The notes: generated by a model not told the origin, from the sequence alone. Positions 12,275 through 24,415 are shown, numbered from the whole stretch's first letter. The stretch: 63,859 nucleotides of DNA, filler included, from Octopus bimaculoides (GCF_001194135.2; 7 parts of 6 records of this genome joined end to end with filler, not necessarily neighbours in it); one strand, 5' to 3'. A program made the numbers and translations.

Positions 12275-12520
12275 TTGGTTTTAAATTTTGGCACAAGGCC
12301 AGTAGTTTCAAGGGAGAGGGTAAATCGATGACATCAACCCCATTGTTCAACTGGTACTCATTTTATCGACTCTGAAACAATGAAAGGTAAAGTTGATCTC
12401 ACTGTTCAACTAGTACTTATTTTATTGACCCCAATAGGATGAAAGGTAAAGCCGACCTCAGCGTGCTGGGCAAAATGCATTTTGTCTGTCTTTATGATCT
12501 GAGTTCAAATTCTGGTAACA
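12275..12520 (-). mobile_element. SINE family B, inverted, with ~59-bp internal duplication
   Basis: Reverse complement of the family B core; tgttcaact...gaaaggtaaag block occurs twice. Confidence 0.65.
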
Positions 12521-12978
12521 ATTCTGCCAGCTCACCACTTTAAGGTATAGGATAGAGGTATTAAAAAGAATAAGTAAGAATCTGAGTGTAATGAAGTGGT
12601 CTTAATAAAATAAATGCCTTTACAGATATTGGTTTCATTTTTCCACTAAAACACCATGACAAAGTATAATGTTTTCTTAAACATTCGGAATTATCCTATA
12701 CAGAAAAATAGTCATAAATACTAATGAATAGAAAGCTTTAGAAAATGTAAAGATTGCTACTTTGTGTATTCTTACATATTTTTATTTATTTCCAAGTTAT
12801 AACAAAATTCATTTTCTTGTGTTGATTATTAGGGTCTACCATTCTATCAAATATTAATTCAACGTTTTCATTATGTAATTTGGAAGAAGATGAATAATGC
12901 AAGGCTATGCTACAAACTTGTTTAATGAAATATATTACCAAAAAATGGAAGACGGTGCAAATGGATTCTTTGGCTATT

Positions 12979-13371
12979 TTACTTTGTGTTCACATAACGT
13001 TTGTAGAGTGGAATTAATTTCTTCATATCAGGAATAGTAGGTGTTACACTCTCCCTTTCAGTACAAGCAGTCAGCCATTTCTGGAACCGAGGATACCAAT
13101 CAATATCAGATGGTATTTCAAAATTTTTATAATGTTTCAAAACTTCCAGCCTTTGCAACCATGGAAACGCCATTATATCAACAAATGAAAATGAGTCTCC
13201 CTTGAAAAAATTTCCAGTTGGAGACATAGCTTTCACAAAACTTCCAATATTTTCAATTAAAGATTTTTGTATTTCATCAAGATTTTCAGGATCTGATTTC
13301 AGAACAGAAATAAATAATGGAATTATTTTACTCTCAGCATAATCACCCCAGATACGAACCTGAGCTTTATC
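12979..13371 (-). CDS. GST: Cytosolic glutathione S-transferase, C-terminal helical domain (Omega/Tau/Lambda-like); visible part of the last coding exon, 5' part runs into the N-gap
   Basis: Open frame from the gap edge to TAA: DKAQVRIWGDYAESKIIPLFISVLKSDPENLDEIQKSLIENIGSFVKAMSPTGNFFKGDSFSFVDIMAFPWLQRLEVLKHYKNFEIPSDIDWYPRFQKWLTACTERESVTPTIPDMKKLIPLYKRYVNTK*. It contains the GST N-capping box motif (FFxGxxxSxxD..FPW..RL), the xPxxxxW...RESV motif and a KAQxRIW first helix. Class assignment is from recalled motifs. Confidence 0.88.
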   Translation of the reverse strand, partial: DKAQVRIWGDYAESKIIPLFISVLKSDPENLDEIQKSLIENIGSFVKAMSPTGNFFKGDSFSFVDIMAFPWLQRLEVLKHYKNFEIPSDIDWYPRFQKWLTACTERESVTPTIPDMKKLIPLYKRYVNTK

Positions 13372-13728
13372 NNNNNNNNNNNNNNNNNNNNNNNNNNNNN
13401 NNNNNNNNNNNNNNNNNNNNNNNNNNNNNNNNNNNNNNNNNNNNNNNNNNNNNNNNNNNNNNNNNNNNNNNNNNNNNNNNNNNNNNNNNNNNNNNNNNNN
13501 NNNNNNNNNNNNNNNNNNNNNNNNNNNNNNNNNNNNNNNNNNNNNNNNNNNNNNNNNNNNNNNNNNNNNNNNNNNNNNNNNNNNNNNNNNNNNNNNNNNN
13601 NNNNNNNNNNNNNNNNNNNNNNNNNNNNNNNNNNNNNNNNNNNNNNNNNNNNNNNNNNNNNNNNNNNNNNNNNNNNNNNNNNNNNNNNNNNNNNNNNNNN
13701 NNNNNNNNNNNNNNNNNNNNNNNNNNNN

Positions 13729-13982
13729 AAAAGGAACCTAAAAGAAAAGGAAGCAAAAATAGCTTAAATATATATCCATAAACTATTAATCAATAATTCT
13801 GAGTAAAAACAAATATATTTTACATTTATGAATTACATTTGTATCTTTGTATTATGTCTGTTTTTCTATGCTAGCATGAATTAGACATGCATATTATTGA
13901 AGAAAAATTTTTACAGTCAGATGCCCTTTTTATCATTAAGTCTTACCTGCTTTTCTAGTAAGGGAATTTTCATTCCATTCAT
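13729..13982 (-). CDS. Probable N-terminal coding exons of the GST: exon 13982-13947 (MNGMKIPLLEKQ), 209-nt intron 13946-13738, next exon starts at 13737 (VPF...)
   Basis: Consensus donor CAG|GTAAG and acceptor TTTTTGCTTCCTTTTCTTTTAG|G, both phase 0. Position 13737 is in frame with the downstream GST ORF across the 357-nt gap (501 nt to 13236, divisible by 3). The gap size is only an estimate, so the frame match may be chance. Confidence 0.5.
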
Positions 13983-14589
13983 TTTAAAAAGCGCAGGACT
14001 ACCAGATGACTTGTTGATAGGGAAATGCCAACAAATTTCGTGGTTTGAAGATCAGTGATATTCTGGAGATTTGCAATATGTAAATATTTACACATACACA
14101 CACAAAAGCATACATATATACATATATCAAGGATTTTGTACATTTTCCATCTACCAAATTCACTTACATGACTCAGGGCTATAGTTGAAGACACTTACCC
14201 AAGGAGAGGTGTAATGGGACTAAACAAAAAATATTGTGTGAATAAAAGGGTCATAAGCATGGCAGAATCATTAGTACAATCATTAGCACAAATGCTTAGC
14301 AGACTCATTATGCTCAGAGTTCAAATCCTGGCAAGTTCAAGTTTGCCTTTTAACCTTTCAGGATGTATAAGATCACTAGCGTAGCTAGAAAGGATGGATG
14401 GGTCGGACCACTTTGGGCAACACTTTTACGGGGACAGCACCACATTTGAGTCTACTGTAGGCAATATGTGTTTTTCTGTGGCGGTAAACTGAAGGGCCAC
14501 CCCAAGCAGTACACATTCTAGCTTTGTTAATGTATAAGTACCAGCTGACCACTAAGGCCAATATAATCATCTCACCCAGCTCCCTTAAA

Positions 14590-14835
14590 AATTGCTGGCC
14601 TTGTGCCAAAATTTGAAACTAATGGTGTCAAACTGGTAGAATTGTTGGTACATTGAGTGAAATGCTTAATGGCATTTCTTATGGCTTTGCATTCTGAGTT
14701 CAAATTCTGCTGAGGTCAACTTTGCCTTTTCATCTTTTTGAGGGCAATAAAAGAAGTACCAGTTGAGTACAGGGTTTGATGTAATCAACTAGCTCCCTTC
14801 CCCAAAATTTTAGGCCTTGTACCTTATAGCAGGAA
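14590..14835 (+). mobile_element. SINE family B
   Basis: gaaatgcttaatggcatt...ttctgagttcaaattctgctgaggtcaactttgcctt...aagtaccagttgag...ggccttgtaccttatagcagg. Confidence 0.75.
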
Positions 14836-15404
14836 AAAAACCTCATATGAACAAACATATCTATTTATTTACAATCATACATTACAATTTATGATAACAT
14901 TGGTCAAATGTCTATAACAAACTGACCACTTGTTCACTGCAGTTTTAATGGTGTGAGTAACANNNNNNNNNNNNNNNNNNNNNNNNNNNNNNNNNNNNNN
15001 NNNNNNNNNNNNNNNNNNNNNNNNNNNNNNNNNNNNNNNNNNNNNNNNNNNNNNNNNNNNNNNNNNNNNNNNNNNNNNNNNNNNNNNNNNNNNNNNNNNN
15101 NNNNNNNNNNNNNNNNNNNNNNNNNNNNNNNNNNNNNNNNNNNNNNNNNNNNNNNNNNNNNNNNNNNNNNNNNNNNNNNNNNNNNNNNNNNNNNNNNNNN
15201 NNNNNNNNNNNNNNNNNNNNNNNNNNNNNNNNNNNNNNNNNNNNNNNNNNNNNNNNNNNNNNNNNNNNNNNNNNNNNNNNNNNNNNNNNNNNNNNNNNNN
15301 NNNNNNNNNNNNNNNNNNATGACCTCTATGTGTTTGCTCAGCTTGCAAGAAATAACAGACTAATCTCCCACAAATCATACTCTTTAGTTTTGAAAAGCAG
15401 ACAC

Positions 15405-15628
15405 ATCATCATCATCATCGTTTAATGTCCGCTTTCCATGCTAGCATGGGTTGGATGATTTGACTGAGGACTGGTGAAACCGGATGGCAAAACCAGGCTC
15501 CAATCTGATTTGGCAGAGTTTCTACAGCTGGATGCCCTTCCTAACGCCAACCACTCAGAGAGTGTAGTGGGTGCTTTTACGTGTCACCCGCACGAAGGCC
15601 AGTCAGGCGGTACTGGCAACGGCCACGC
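15405..15628 (-). mobile_element. 5'-truncated 3' end of the RTE element with (GAT)n tail
   Basis: Reverse complement of ~46590-46812 (ggcatccagctgtagaaactctgcc...acccatgctagcatggaaag...taaacgatgatgat). Confidence 0.85.
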
Positions 15629-16639
15629 AGAGGATAACATAACCTTAAGATGGTGTGGTCATGGCAGGAATGGCATAAATTATAGATTTGTTTGCGCAAC
15701 ACTAAAGTGGGGTTAAAAAATAATGTGGAGGAGTCTCTTTGTGGTTGTTCACGTTATAAGAAATAGCAGCTAATTTCTCTCAAATCACAACTAATATTTA
15801 CAAAGGAGATTAATCGACTAAATAATGTAGACATTTTAAGTTTGGACAAAAAGTAAATAAAATGGTCACAGCTGGAATATTGATGATTGTGGACCTCCTC
15901 ATTTAGAGATGACTTTTGACTTAACAGCTACATCGATAAATAGATAATAAACCAACAACTGCAGTTTTATAATCATAATATACCAGGAGGATAGCCTATA
16001 TCACTACATTGACCTAATTAAAGTTTCACTCTTTCAGTAACATGAACTGTTGAACGAAAGGAAAAAGGGAATATGAAAAAAAAATATGTAAAAAATGAAA
16101 AATAATAGCAAAGGGATGAAGGGGAAGAGTGTGAGGTGACAGCTTATGATCATGCTATTTAGCTCTCTTCTTTGTCCCCTCTTTTATTTTCTTTGAGCAA
16201 CACAAATACAAAAATACAAATATACATGTCCTCCCCACACTTCTCTTTCAACTCAGCTGAACATGCAGGAATTAAGCCTTCAGCTGAAAACTGTTACCAA
16301 TTCAACAAAACTTGTTTTAGCTTTAGTAAAACAATGCCATAGGATATCTTCTCAAAGAGGATTTCTTTTCTTGACAAAAAGAGTAATATAGTGGAGTGGA
16401 GTGGGGATGCATAACCTAGTGGTTAGGGTGTTACACTCATGATCACATCACGAGATCGTCGTTTCAATTTCTAGACAGAGTGGTGTGTTGTGTTCTGGAA
16501 CAAAACACTTCATCTCACATTGCTCTGCAGTGACTTCGACACCTGACACTTAGCACACCATGCACTTGTTCCAACAATATCGATTTAATAGAGGGAGTGA
16601 ACTAATGTATGGTACATGCATTTTCTTTTCTTCTTTTTT

Positions 16640-17097
16640 TTCTCTTCTTTTATTTTAGTCATTTGACTGCGGCCATGCTGGAGCACTGCCTTTTGTCAAG
16701 CAAATCGACCCCAGGACTTATTCTTTGTAAGCCTAGTATTTATTCTATCAGTCTCTCTTGCCGAACCGCTAAGTGACAGGGATGTAAACACACCAGCATC
16801 GATTGTCAAGCAATGTTGGAGGGACAAACACAAATACATACATACATAAATACATACATACATACATACATCATACATACATACATCATACATACATACA
16901 TACATACATATATACATACATACATACATACAACGAGCTTCTTTTCAGTTTCCGTCTACCAAATCCACTCACAAGGTTTATGGTTGGCCCAAGGCTATAG
17001 TAGAAGACACTTGCCCAAGGTGCCACGCAGTGGGACTGAACCCAAAACCATGTGGTTGGTAAGCAGGCTACTTACCACACAGTCACTCCTGCGCCTA
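16640..17097 (-). mobile_element. SINE family A with internal (TACA)n, abutting the Chapaev-like element
   Basis: Reverse complement of family A, full head to tail. Confidence 0.85.
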
Positions 17098-19620
17098 TAA
17101 ACAAATCATTTGTGCAAGTCATGCAGCAAAAAAGCTGTTGGAAGAAAGCATGTAGCATATAAAATTGTGAAAGGTGCTAAGTACTGGATTGCTTATAGAC
17201 TATTTTGAAATGAGTATCGGTGATTAAGGAAAACCATGGGCCCTTCATGTGATATGTGGAACTTGCAAATCAAATTTAGATGGATGGCTTAGAGGTGCAA
17301 GAAAAGTAATGCCTTTTGCCATCCCGATTGTTTGGCGAGAGCCAAAAAATCATTGCAATGATTGCTATTTTTGCATGGTTGATATATCAAAGTATAGAAG
17401 AGTTAAGGGAAGAAAAGACCTTCTGTATCCCAGCATCCAATCCTCCATTGCACCTGTACCACATGATAATAACTTATGGGTTCCACGGCCACTAGAAAAT
17501 GTTAGTACATCCTATCAAAATGTTAATAACAAATTTAAATTTCATTCACATTAACAGAATCAATATTGAAATATGTGATTACACATAAAATTCTTATTAA
17601 GGTATCAACTATTAAATGCAACCTTTTAAAGTTTTCCAGGTAGAGGAAATGATGAAGGTTTCAGCAGGGGAGTCTGAAGGTGGCAACAATGAGGAAATGG
17701 ATGAAACATTTGAGCCAGGAACGAGTACCTGCCCACACTTTCTAAATCAACATGAACTTGTAGTGGCGCGAAATTATAGCTGCCATTGAGGAAGTACTAT
17801 TCTGCGCATGTGCAAGGGACTTCACCACCAGAAGCCCCTCGAGTGCGCATGCGTAGTAAAACTAGTACTTAAAGAGTGAGTTTCACTTTCTTAGGCAGTT
17901 GAGCGACAGACCTTCTACGTGACAACTCTTCGCTCCTCAACGAAGCACTCTTCACCTCGATGCCTTCGATGGTGATAGCTACTTGCTTCTCTGGCAGGCA
18001 TCAAGGAAGCTCTTAACTTTCCAATACCAACTACAACTTAATCAGCGGCTGCTAAGCTGAATGACAGGAATTGTAAAACCAAGCATCATCAAAAATAAAA
18101 CTTATTTTTATTATGTTGTTGAATTGTTCTACTGTTCCTTAATATAGAATTATGTTGAAAGGTGATAGAGAGAGACTAAAGTCTCTATGACAACTATCAA
18201 ACTTTTACAAACTTAATGATCTCATTAGGGACTTTGGTCTAAGTCAGGAGTTGAGCTTTTAGCATCCAGGCTGAATGAATGGAATCTCTTGAGAAGGACT
18301 GCAGATTAACAGCATACAGGAAGCACCATGAGGAATTGAAAGTATACTTTGGCATAAGTGAGGATCTGTGCTACTGCAAAGATATAAATGGCTTGTTTAC
18401 AGCTATTGGAATTGATCACAACCCTGAAGAATGGTGACTTTTCATAGATAGCTCAACAAAAAGCCTCAAAGCTGCTTTATTACAGAATGCAAGTCAGCAT
18501 CCATCCCTGTCTATTGCATACTCAGTACAAATGAAAGAAGAACATGACAATGTAAAAGAGCATTCTGAGAAAGTAAATTATAAATTTAAATGGGAGGTTT
18601 GTGGTGACTTTAAAATGTTTGCCTTCTTACTTGGATTACAGGGTGGGCACACTAAGTATTTGTGTTTTCTTTGCCTGTGGGACAGTAGGGCTGATCATGA
18701 ACCTTACCAGAAGGCTGAGTGACCCCCCCCCCCCACGAGATGACCTCTAGTCAGGAAAGATAAATGTTATGACAACCTCTTGTAGAGCCTGCAAAAGTGT
18801 TTTTACCTCCACTTCACATAATGCTGGATCAGGTCAAACGGTTTGTAAAGGCTTTAGATCATGGTGAAGAAGCATTTCAAGAGATTCGTCTACTCTATCC
18901 AAAGCTACCTGAGGCAAATGTTAAGGGTGGTATATTTACTGGACCACAAGTAAGGAAAATGCTGAGATCAGTAAAATTTGAAAATTTGATGAGTGATCTA
19001 GAAAGAGAGGGTTGGTATGCATTTCGAGATATTGTCAATGGATTCCTTGGTAACAACAGACCCAAAATACAAGCAGCTCATAGCAAAACATATTGAGAGT
19101 TATAAGAATTTAGGCTGTAGAATATCATTGAAGGTACACTTTTTGCATTTGCATTTAGACATTTTCCGTGAAAACTTTGGTCAAGTGAGTGAGGAACATG
19201 GTGAGAGATTCCATCAAGATATTGCTACAACAGAGAAAAGATACCAAGGGAGATGGGGAACTGCAATGGGGGACAACATTTAGTCAGCGGTGCGTACAGA
19301 TACAGGAACTTACAGTAGGAGAGCATGATCTTCGGTGCATTTCGAGTAAAATCTTAGTTATCATAGTTTTGCAAACATTTCTCATTAGTTTGAAAATAAA
19401 TATTAGAATAAAATATTTTTAGTTCCTATTAATGTACAATGTGAATAAGTTGAATAAAGTATATTGCAGCTAAATTTTGTTCCCCTTCTCTAGAAAACCC
19501 ACAAGTATCTCCAAAAATATCAATGCTATGCAATTTTCAAGAGTAGTTTTGAAATCAGGAGAAAAAATTACCTTGGAAACACTAAAAACATTTAGAGAAG
19601 CAAAACTTGTGTAACCTAGC
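17098..19620 (+). mobile_element. Chapaev3-like (CMC/Transib-related) DNA transposon remnant; intron-containing, inactivated transposase
   Basis: Motifs W.(A)LHVICGTC, WREPKNHCNDCYFC, YPSIQSSIAPVPH, ELLASRLNEWNLL, WEVCGDFK, LGLQGGHTKYLCFLCLWDSRA, LPPLHI, GGIFTGPQVRK, SLKVHFLHLHLD, SEEHGERFHQDI...EKRYQGRW. Multiple stops and frameshifts. Family name recalled from these motifs. Confidence 0.85.
17759..18209. mobile_element. Solo LTR, 451 bp, nested in the Chapaev-like transposase
   Basis: TGTAG...TTACA termini and AACT TSD (17755-17758 / 18210-18213). Removing it restores the host frame H-E-L-N-D-L-I-R-D. AATAAA at ~18094. Confidence 0.88.
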
Positions 19621-20039
19621 ATTATGCATAGGAAAAAAATGTTGTCCTATTTAGTGAACACACAGCTGACACCTTTCCTCCAACTATTACTGCTGAATAT
19701 TCACCAGCATCACAGACTGCTTGGTCCCAACATGGCAATGAAGCAGACAAAATGAAGTAGCTAGGCCACACCCACATTTATGCAACATAACTGAAAACTA
19801 AGCAAAAGCTAAGCCAGAATATTAGCTATAATGTTAATGATAAATATAGTTCCTTATCTGTAATTAAAAAAAAAAGCAAAATATTCAGAGTGGAAAAAGA
19901 TATTTCACACAATGTTTCATTGTCTTCAGATCCCAACTAAAGATAATTATTATAACTATATAATTATGTATTAAGAAACAATATAAAATAGACAGTAAAA
20001 ATTAAAGCATTGTATACAATAAGCTCATTATTATCATTA

Positions 20040-21850
20040 TTATTGTTGTTGCTGTTGTTATTGTTTCTTTTCTTATTTCTTCAAATTTTCTTCCATTACT
20101 CGCCAAGTGTTTTCCGTACACCTAGGGGCAGAGAAGCTCATTGTATGCATTCCCAGTTTACACACACACATTCACAAGTAAAATATGTATTTAAAAAAAT
20201 TAATAAATAAATAAATTCATGAATGGATGCTGTTTTCACAGCGATAATGCTCTTCTCAGTTCATTAGTCGTTCCAGTTAACATGATTTTTTGCACTTCCT
20301 GTAGGGATGGTAAGCCTGGTATCATTTTCAAATAGGTTTCAGTGCCTTTTTTTATCATTCCTAGAATCCTACAATCACTGGTACAGCAATCGCCTTGAGA
20401 TGCCACATTTTTTCAATTTCTATTAGCAAGTCTTTATATTTACTGATCTTGTCAAATTCTTTCGCCGCTATATTATGATCGCAGAGAATATTCATGTCAA
20501 TTAATAAACAAACCTTTTATGTCTGATCTTTTATAATAATATCCGGTTTATTAGCGTTTATAGTTTTGTTGGTATGTACAAGGAAGGCCCAGAGAATCGA
20601 CACATTTTCTCCCTCAGTCACAGCTTCAGGATGGTGTTTATACCATTTGTCAGCAGTTTTGATTTTATAATGCCGACATATTGTCCAGTGTAAATACTGG
20701 CCGACTCTGTCATGTCTTGCTTTTTATTCTACAGGTGCTAAGACTCTATACCCTGAGATTAGGTGGTCTATAGTTTCAATCGCATCGTTACAGAATCGGC
20801 ATTTTGGGTCAGCTCCATTTTTTATCACATTGGCTTGGTAGTTCCGGGTTAATAAGCTTTGGTCTTGAGCAGCCAATATGAAACCTTCACTCTCTGCTTT
20901 TAGCCCTGAGCTTCGTAACCATTGATGTGTGTGTTTCTGGTCGACATCACCTTGTTTGCTACGAGCCACATACTTGCCATGCAGAGGTTTCTGTTCCCAT
21001 CTGCTAGCTAATTTTTCATGTGCTTTGTCTTTGCAATTAATTTTATTTTCTTTGCAGCAGCAGTTGGCGCATTTCCTTCAACCTGATCAAGCTGGTGGGT
21101 ATCTAAGAGATCAGTAGCGAATTTTTTGCTCTCTTTCAGAATAGAGTGAAGTTTTTTTTGGTCTTTCATGTTTCTCAACAAGTTTTAGCATCCAATCGTT
21201 GGTTGTTTCAAGGTATTTGGCCAGTCCGATTGTGGTGGTTTTGTACGTAAGTTCAAGGTGGATCAAGCCTCGATCTCCCTGAGCTCTGGGAAGGTAAAGA
21301 TGATCCATGTCTGCTTTTGGATGGTGCATCTTATTACAAGTCAGTAGCTTGCGGATTTTTCTATCAATTTTCATTATTTCACTGGTATTCCAGTTAAGCA
21401 CATTGAAGCTATAAAGGACAACTGGGACTGCTAAGGAATTTATGGCTAACACCTTATTATATGCATTCAGCTTAGACTTTGGAACTGCTCGAATTCTTCT
21501 ATAACATTCCTTCTTAACCTTCTCTTTCACGCTGGATACCAGAACCTTCGTTTATTCCTAGGTTTTTATAGGTTTGTTCCTGCTCAAGTTCCTTTATTAC
21601 TGTTTTGACATCTAATTTGATTGAACTTGACTGTACCAGTTTCCCTTTCTTGAAAGTGGCTTTGGCACACTTTTCAAGGCCAAACTCCATTCCGATATCA
21701 TCACTGAATTCTTTCACAGTATGCAGTAGTCCTTCAAGCTCTTCATCATCTTTGCCATATAGTTTTAAATCATCCATATAAAATAGACGGCTTATTTTCC
21801 TGTTGTCAGTTTTGTAGCCATACCCTGTTCTATTCAGTTCACTTGAGAGT
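20040..21850 (-). mobile_element. R4/Dong-clade non-LTR retrotransposon (RLE type), 5'-truncated
   Basis: YMDDLKLY, FSDDIGMEFGLEKC, LYLPRAQGDRGL, ESEGFILAAQDQ, CRFC..ETIDHL zinc knuckle, NKPD-type RLE. (AAT/AAC)n tail at ~20030-20065 and (ATT)n at the 5' junction. Confidence 0.88.
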
Positions 21851-21875
21851 GGTATTAGTGCTAAGCAGAAAATTA

Positions 21876-21907
<32 letters not shown>

Positions 21908-21918
21908 TATTATTATTA

Positions 21919-22370
21919 AAGGCAGTGAGCTGGCAGGAACGTTAGCATGCCAGGCAAAATACTTAACAGTATTTCATCCATCTTTACATTCTGAGTTCAA
22001 ATTCCGCTGAGGTCAACTTTGCCTTTCATCCTATTGGGGTCAATGAACTAAGTACAAGTTATGCACTGGGGAGGTCAATGACATTGACTTTCCCCCTTTC
22101 CCTAAATTTCAGACCTTGTGCCAATAGTAGAAAGGATTATTATTATTTTATTAAAGACAGCAAGCTGGCAGAATTGTTAACACGCCGGGCGAAATGCTTA
22201 GCAGTATTTTATCTGTTGCTACCTTCTGAGTTCAACTTCTGCCTAGTTTGATTTTGGTTTTCATCCTTTTGGGGTCGATAAATTAAGTACCAGTGAAACA
22301 ATGGGACCAATGTAATCAACTAGTCCCCTTCCACCAAATTTCAGGCCTTGTGCCTATAGTAGAAAGGATT
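21919..22370 (+). mobile_element. Two tandem SINE family B copies, each ending in aaaggattattatt
   Basis: Two successive ggcag..gagctggcag...ttctgagttcaa...aagtac..ccttgtgcc.atagtagaaaggattatt units (21919-22145, 22153-22370). Confidence 0.8.
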
Positions 22371-22395
22371 ATTATTATTATTATTATTATTATCA

Positions 22396-23230
22396 TTATT
22401 CAGTAGTCTTCTATACATGCTTTCACTGCACAACCAAGCACAGCTCTGTGTGCCTTGGGTATGTGTTGTGGCTTGTTTTGGTGTTGTTATTTTTACTGTA
22501 TTGAAAGTGCTTTACATAGGATATGTGCAGTGCCCAGTGGTGGTATTTTCTGTATATTATATATATTTGTAAGTCCTGGTGTTTTGGTTGTGTATTTGTA
22601 TGGTTTTTATTCCTACGTAATACACATATTATTATAGAGATTGTTTCTATTTTTAGGCTCCACATTCAGGTTATCTCTTTTTCCAGGTCTTTGTATTTTG
22701 AGATCTGGTCTATTAGCCTTGATTTCTCTATCTGTGTGTATTGGCATATCCCAGAGTATGGTTGCTTTGTCATTTTCTTAGACCTTTCCTAGAGTATGCC
22801 TATACCATTTTTTTTTTTTTCTGTTGTCATTACATAGTGTTGGCATAGCTTCCAGTGTATATAAGTCCCAACCCTGTCATGTCTGTGGATATATTCCTTC
22901 TTAGCCAGGACTGGACAGCCAGAGACTATGATTTATTGTATCTTCCCCATCACCATATATTCTGCAGTTACTCATATTTTTCTTCGTTATGTGTTTCTTG
23001 TAGTTTCTGATGGGAAGGCTTTGATCTTGTGCTATAATTAAAAATCCTTCAGTCTCAGCTTTGAGTCCTCAGCTTTTCAACCATTGTTGGGATTTTACTT
23101 TGTCTATTTCCTTTCTGTTTAGCTTATCCCAGTATTTGTCAAGTAAGGGCTTTTCTCACCATCATTTTATCATGGTATTTTGTTGTCCCAGTTTTAGTTT
23201 GGGGTAGTTAGCGACTTTGGGATCAAGGCA
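22396..23230 (-). mobile_element. Second R4/Dong-type element, 3' portion with RLE core deleted
   Basis: CRIYGDGEDTINHSLSGCPVLAKKEYIHRHDRVGTYIHWKLC, EIKANRPD|QISKYKDLEKEI, GTAHILCKALSIQ*. The 3' end ...actactgaa runs into (TAA)n. Confidence 0.8.
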
Positions 23231-23391
23231 AAATGGGTGCCCAGAATTAGACAGGCTTGGAGAAGAAGGGTGTGGGAGCTTAAAGACCCTGCAAACGGAC
23301 AGAGACTTAGAGACAAGTTACTTGAAGCATTTAACGAAATAGAAGGGGATATAGCATCATACAACGTGGAAGACAATTGGAGATTTCTGCG
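23231..23391 (+). mobile_element. RTE fragment (APE-RT linker)
   Basis: RRRVWELKDPANGQRLRDKLLEAFNEIEGDIASYNVEDNWRFL resembles the post-endonuclease linker of RTE ORFs. Confidence 0.5.
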
Positions 23392-23491
23392 NNNNNNNNN
23401 NNNNNNNNNNNNNNNNNNNNNNNNNNNNNNNNNNNTTAATTAATTAANNNNNNNNNNNNNNNNNNNNNNNNNNNNNNNNNNNNNNNNNNNN

Positions 23492-23554
<63 letters not shown>

Positions 23555-23579
23555 AATTATCATAATTATTATTATTATT

Positions 23580-24136
23580 GAGTGAGAGAGCAGAGCATGC
23601 CATTAAAGTGATACTGGGGTAAAATATATGAAGCCCAATATACCCATCATGACTACCCGTCTGATAAGGGTACACCAGGCACATGCATCACAATCATGTG
23701 TGCGCGACATGGTGAACTCATATCAAAATAAACAGCGCATGACCTCGGAGGTGGGGCACAGTTAGAATTTTCTTCAGGTTGAGTAGCCCATCCCACTCAA
23801 AAGGTCCCTGAATAAGATTTGTTCAAGGATGTTGAATGAAACACCCATGTTTCCAAAGGTTAATTATCTAAACTACTAAGAATTCCTCTCAACACATGGC
23901 CATGATGCTCCCCCACTACTTCTGCTCATGATCAGAGATGCACATATCGTCAACCACCAAGGGACATGCTCAACTGGTTAAGGTCAAACAACTGACAAGC
24001 AAATCTGTGGTATTAAGCAGAATATTTGCTGTAGCCCATCTGTTTATACCAAGACAAAACAATGTACATGATAACACTTCCAATCATTTAAGATCAGAAA
24101 CCATATGAACCACTGCTTGGTACTGCGTCCGGGTAT
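23580..24136. mobile_element. ~557-bp non-coding cassette embedded in an (ATT)n array; unclassified interspersed repeat
   Basis: Complex, GC-richer block with sharp edges and (ATT)n on both sides; no credible ORF. Confidence 0.5.
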
Positions 24137-24145
24137 TTATTATTA

Positions 24146-24216
<71 letters not shown>

Positions 24217-24274
24217 GTTGTTGTTGTTGNNNNNNNNNNTGTTGTTGTTGTTGTTGTTGTTGTTATTATTATTA

Positions 24275-24415
24275 TTCAGTAGTTTTATTTTTATAACGTG
24301 CTTTCACCTCACTACCGAGCGCAGCTCTGTGTGCCTCGGGTATGTGCTGTGGTTTCCTGTGATGCTCTTATGGTTACTGTGTTGAAAGTGTTTTGCATAG
24401 GATACACTTTCAATA

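Noticed and set aside
23436-23447. TTAATTAATTAA between N runs (also at ~36659, 52683, 55514, 60654, 62763)
   Set aside because: An identical 12-mer always flanked by ~45-N blocks; a six-frame-stop scaffolding linker, not biology.
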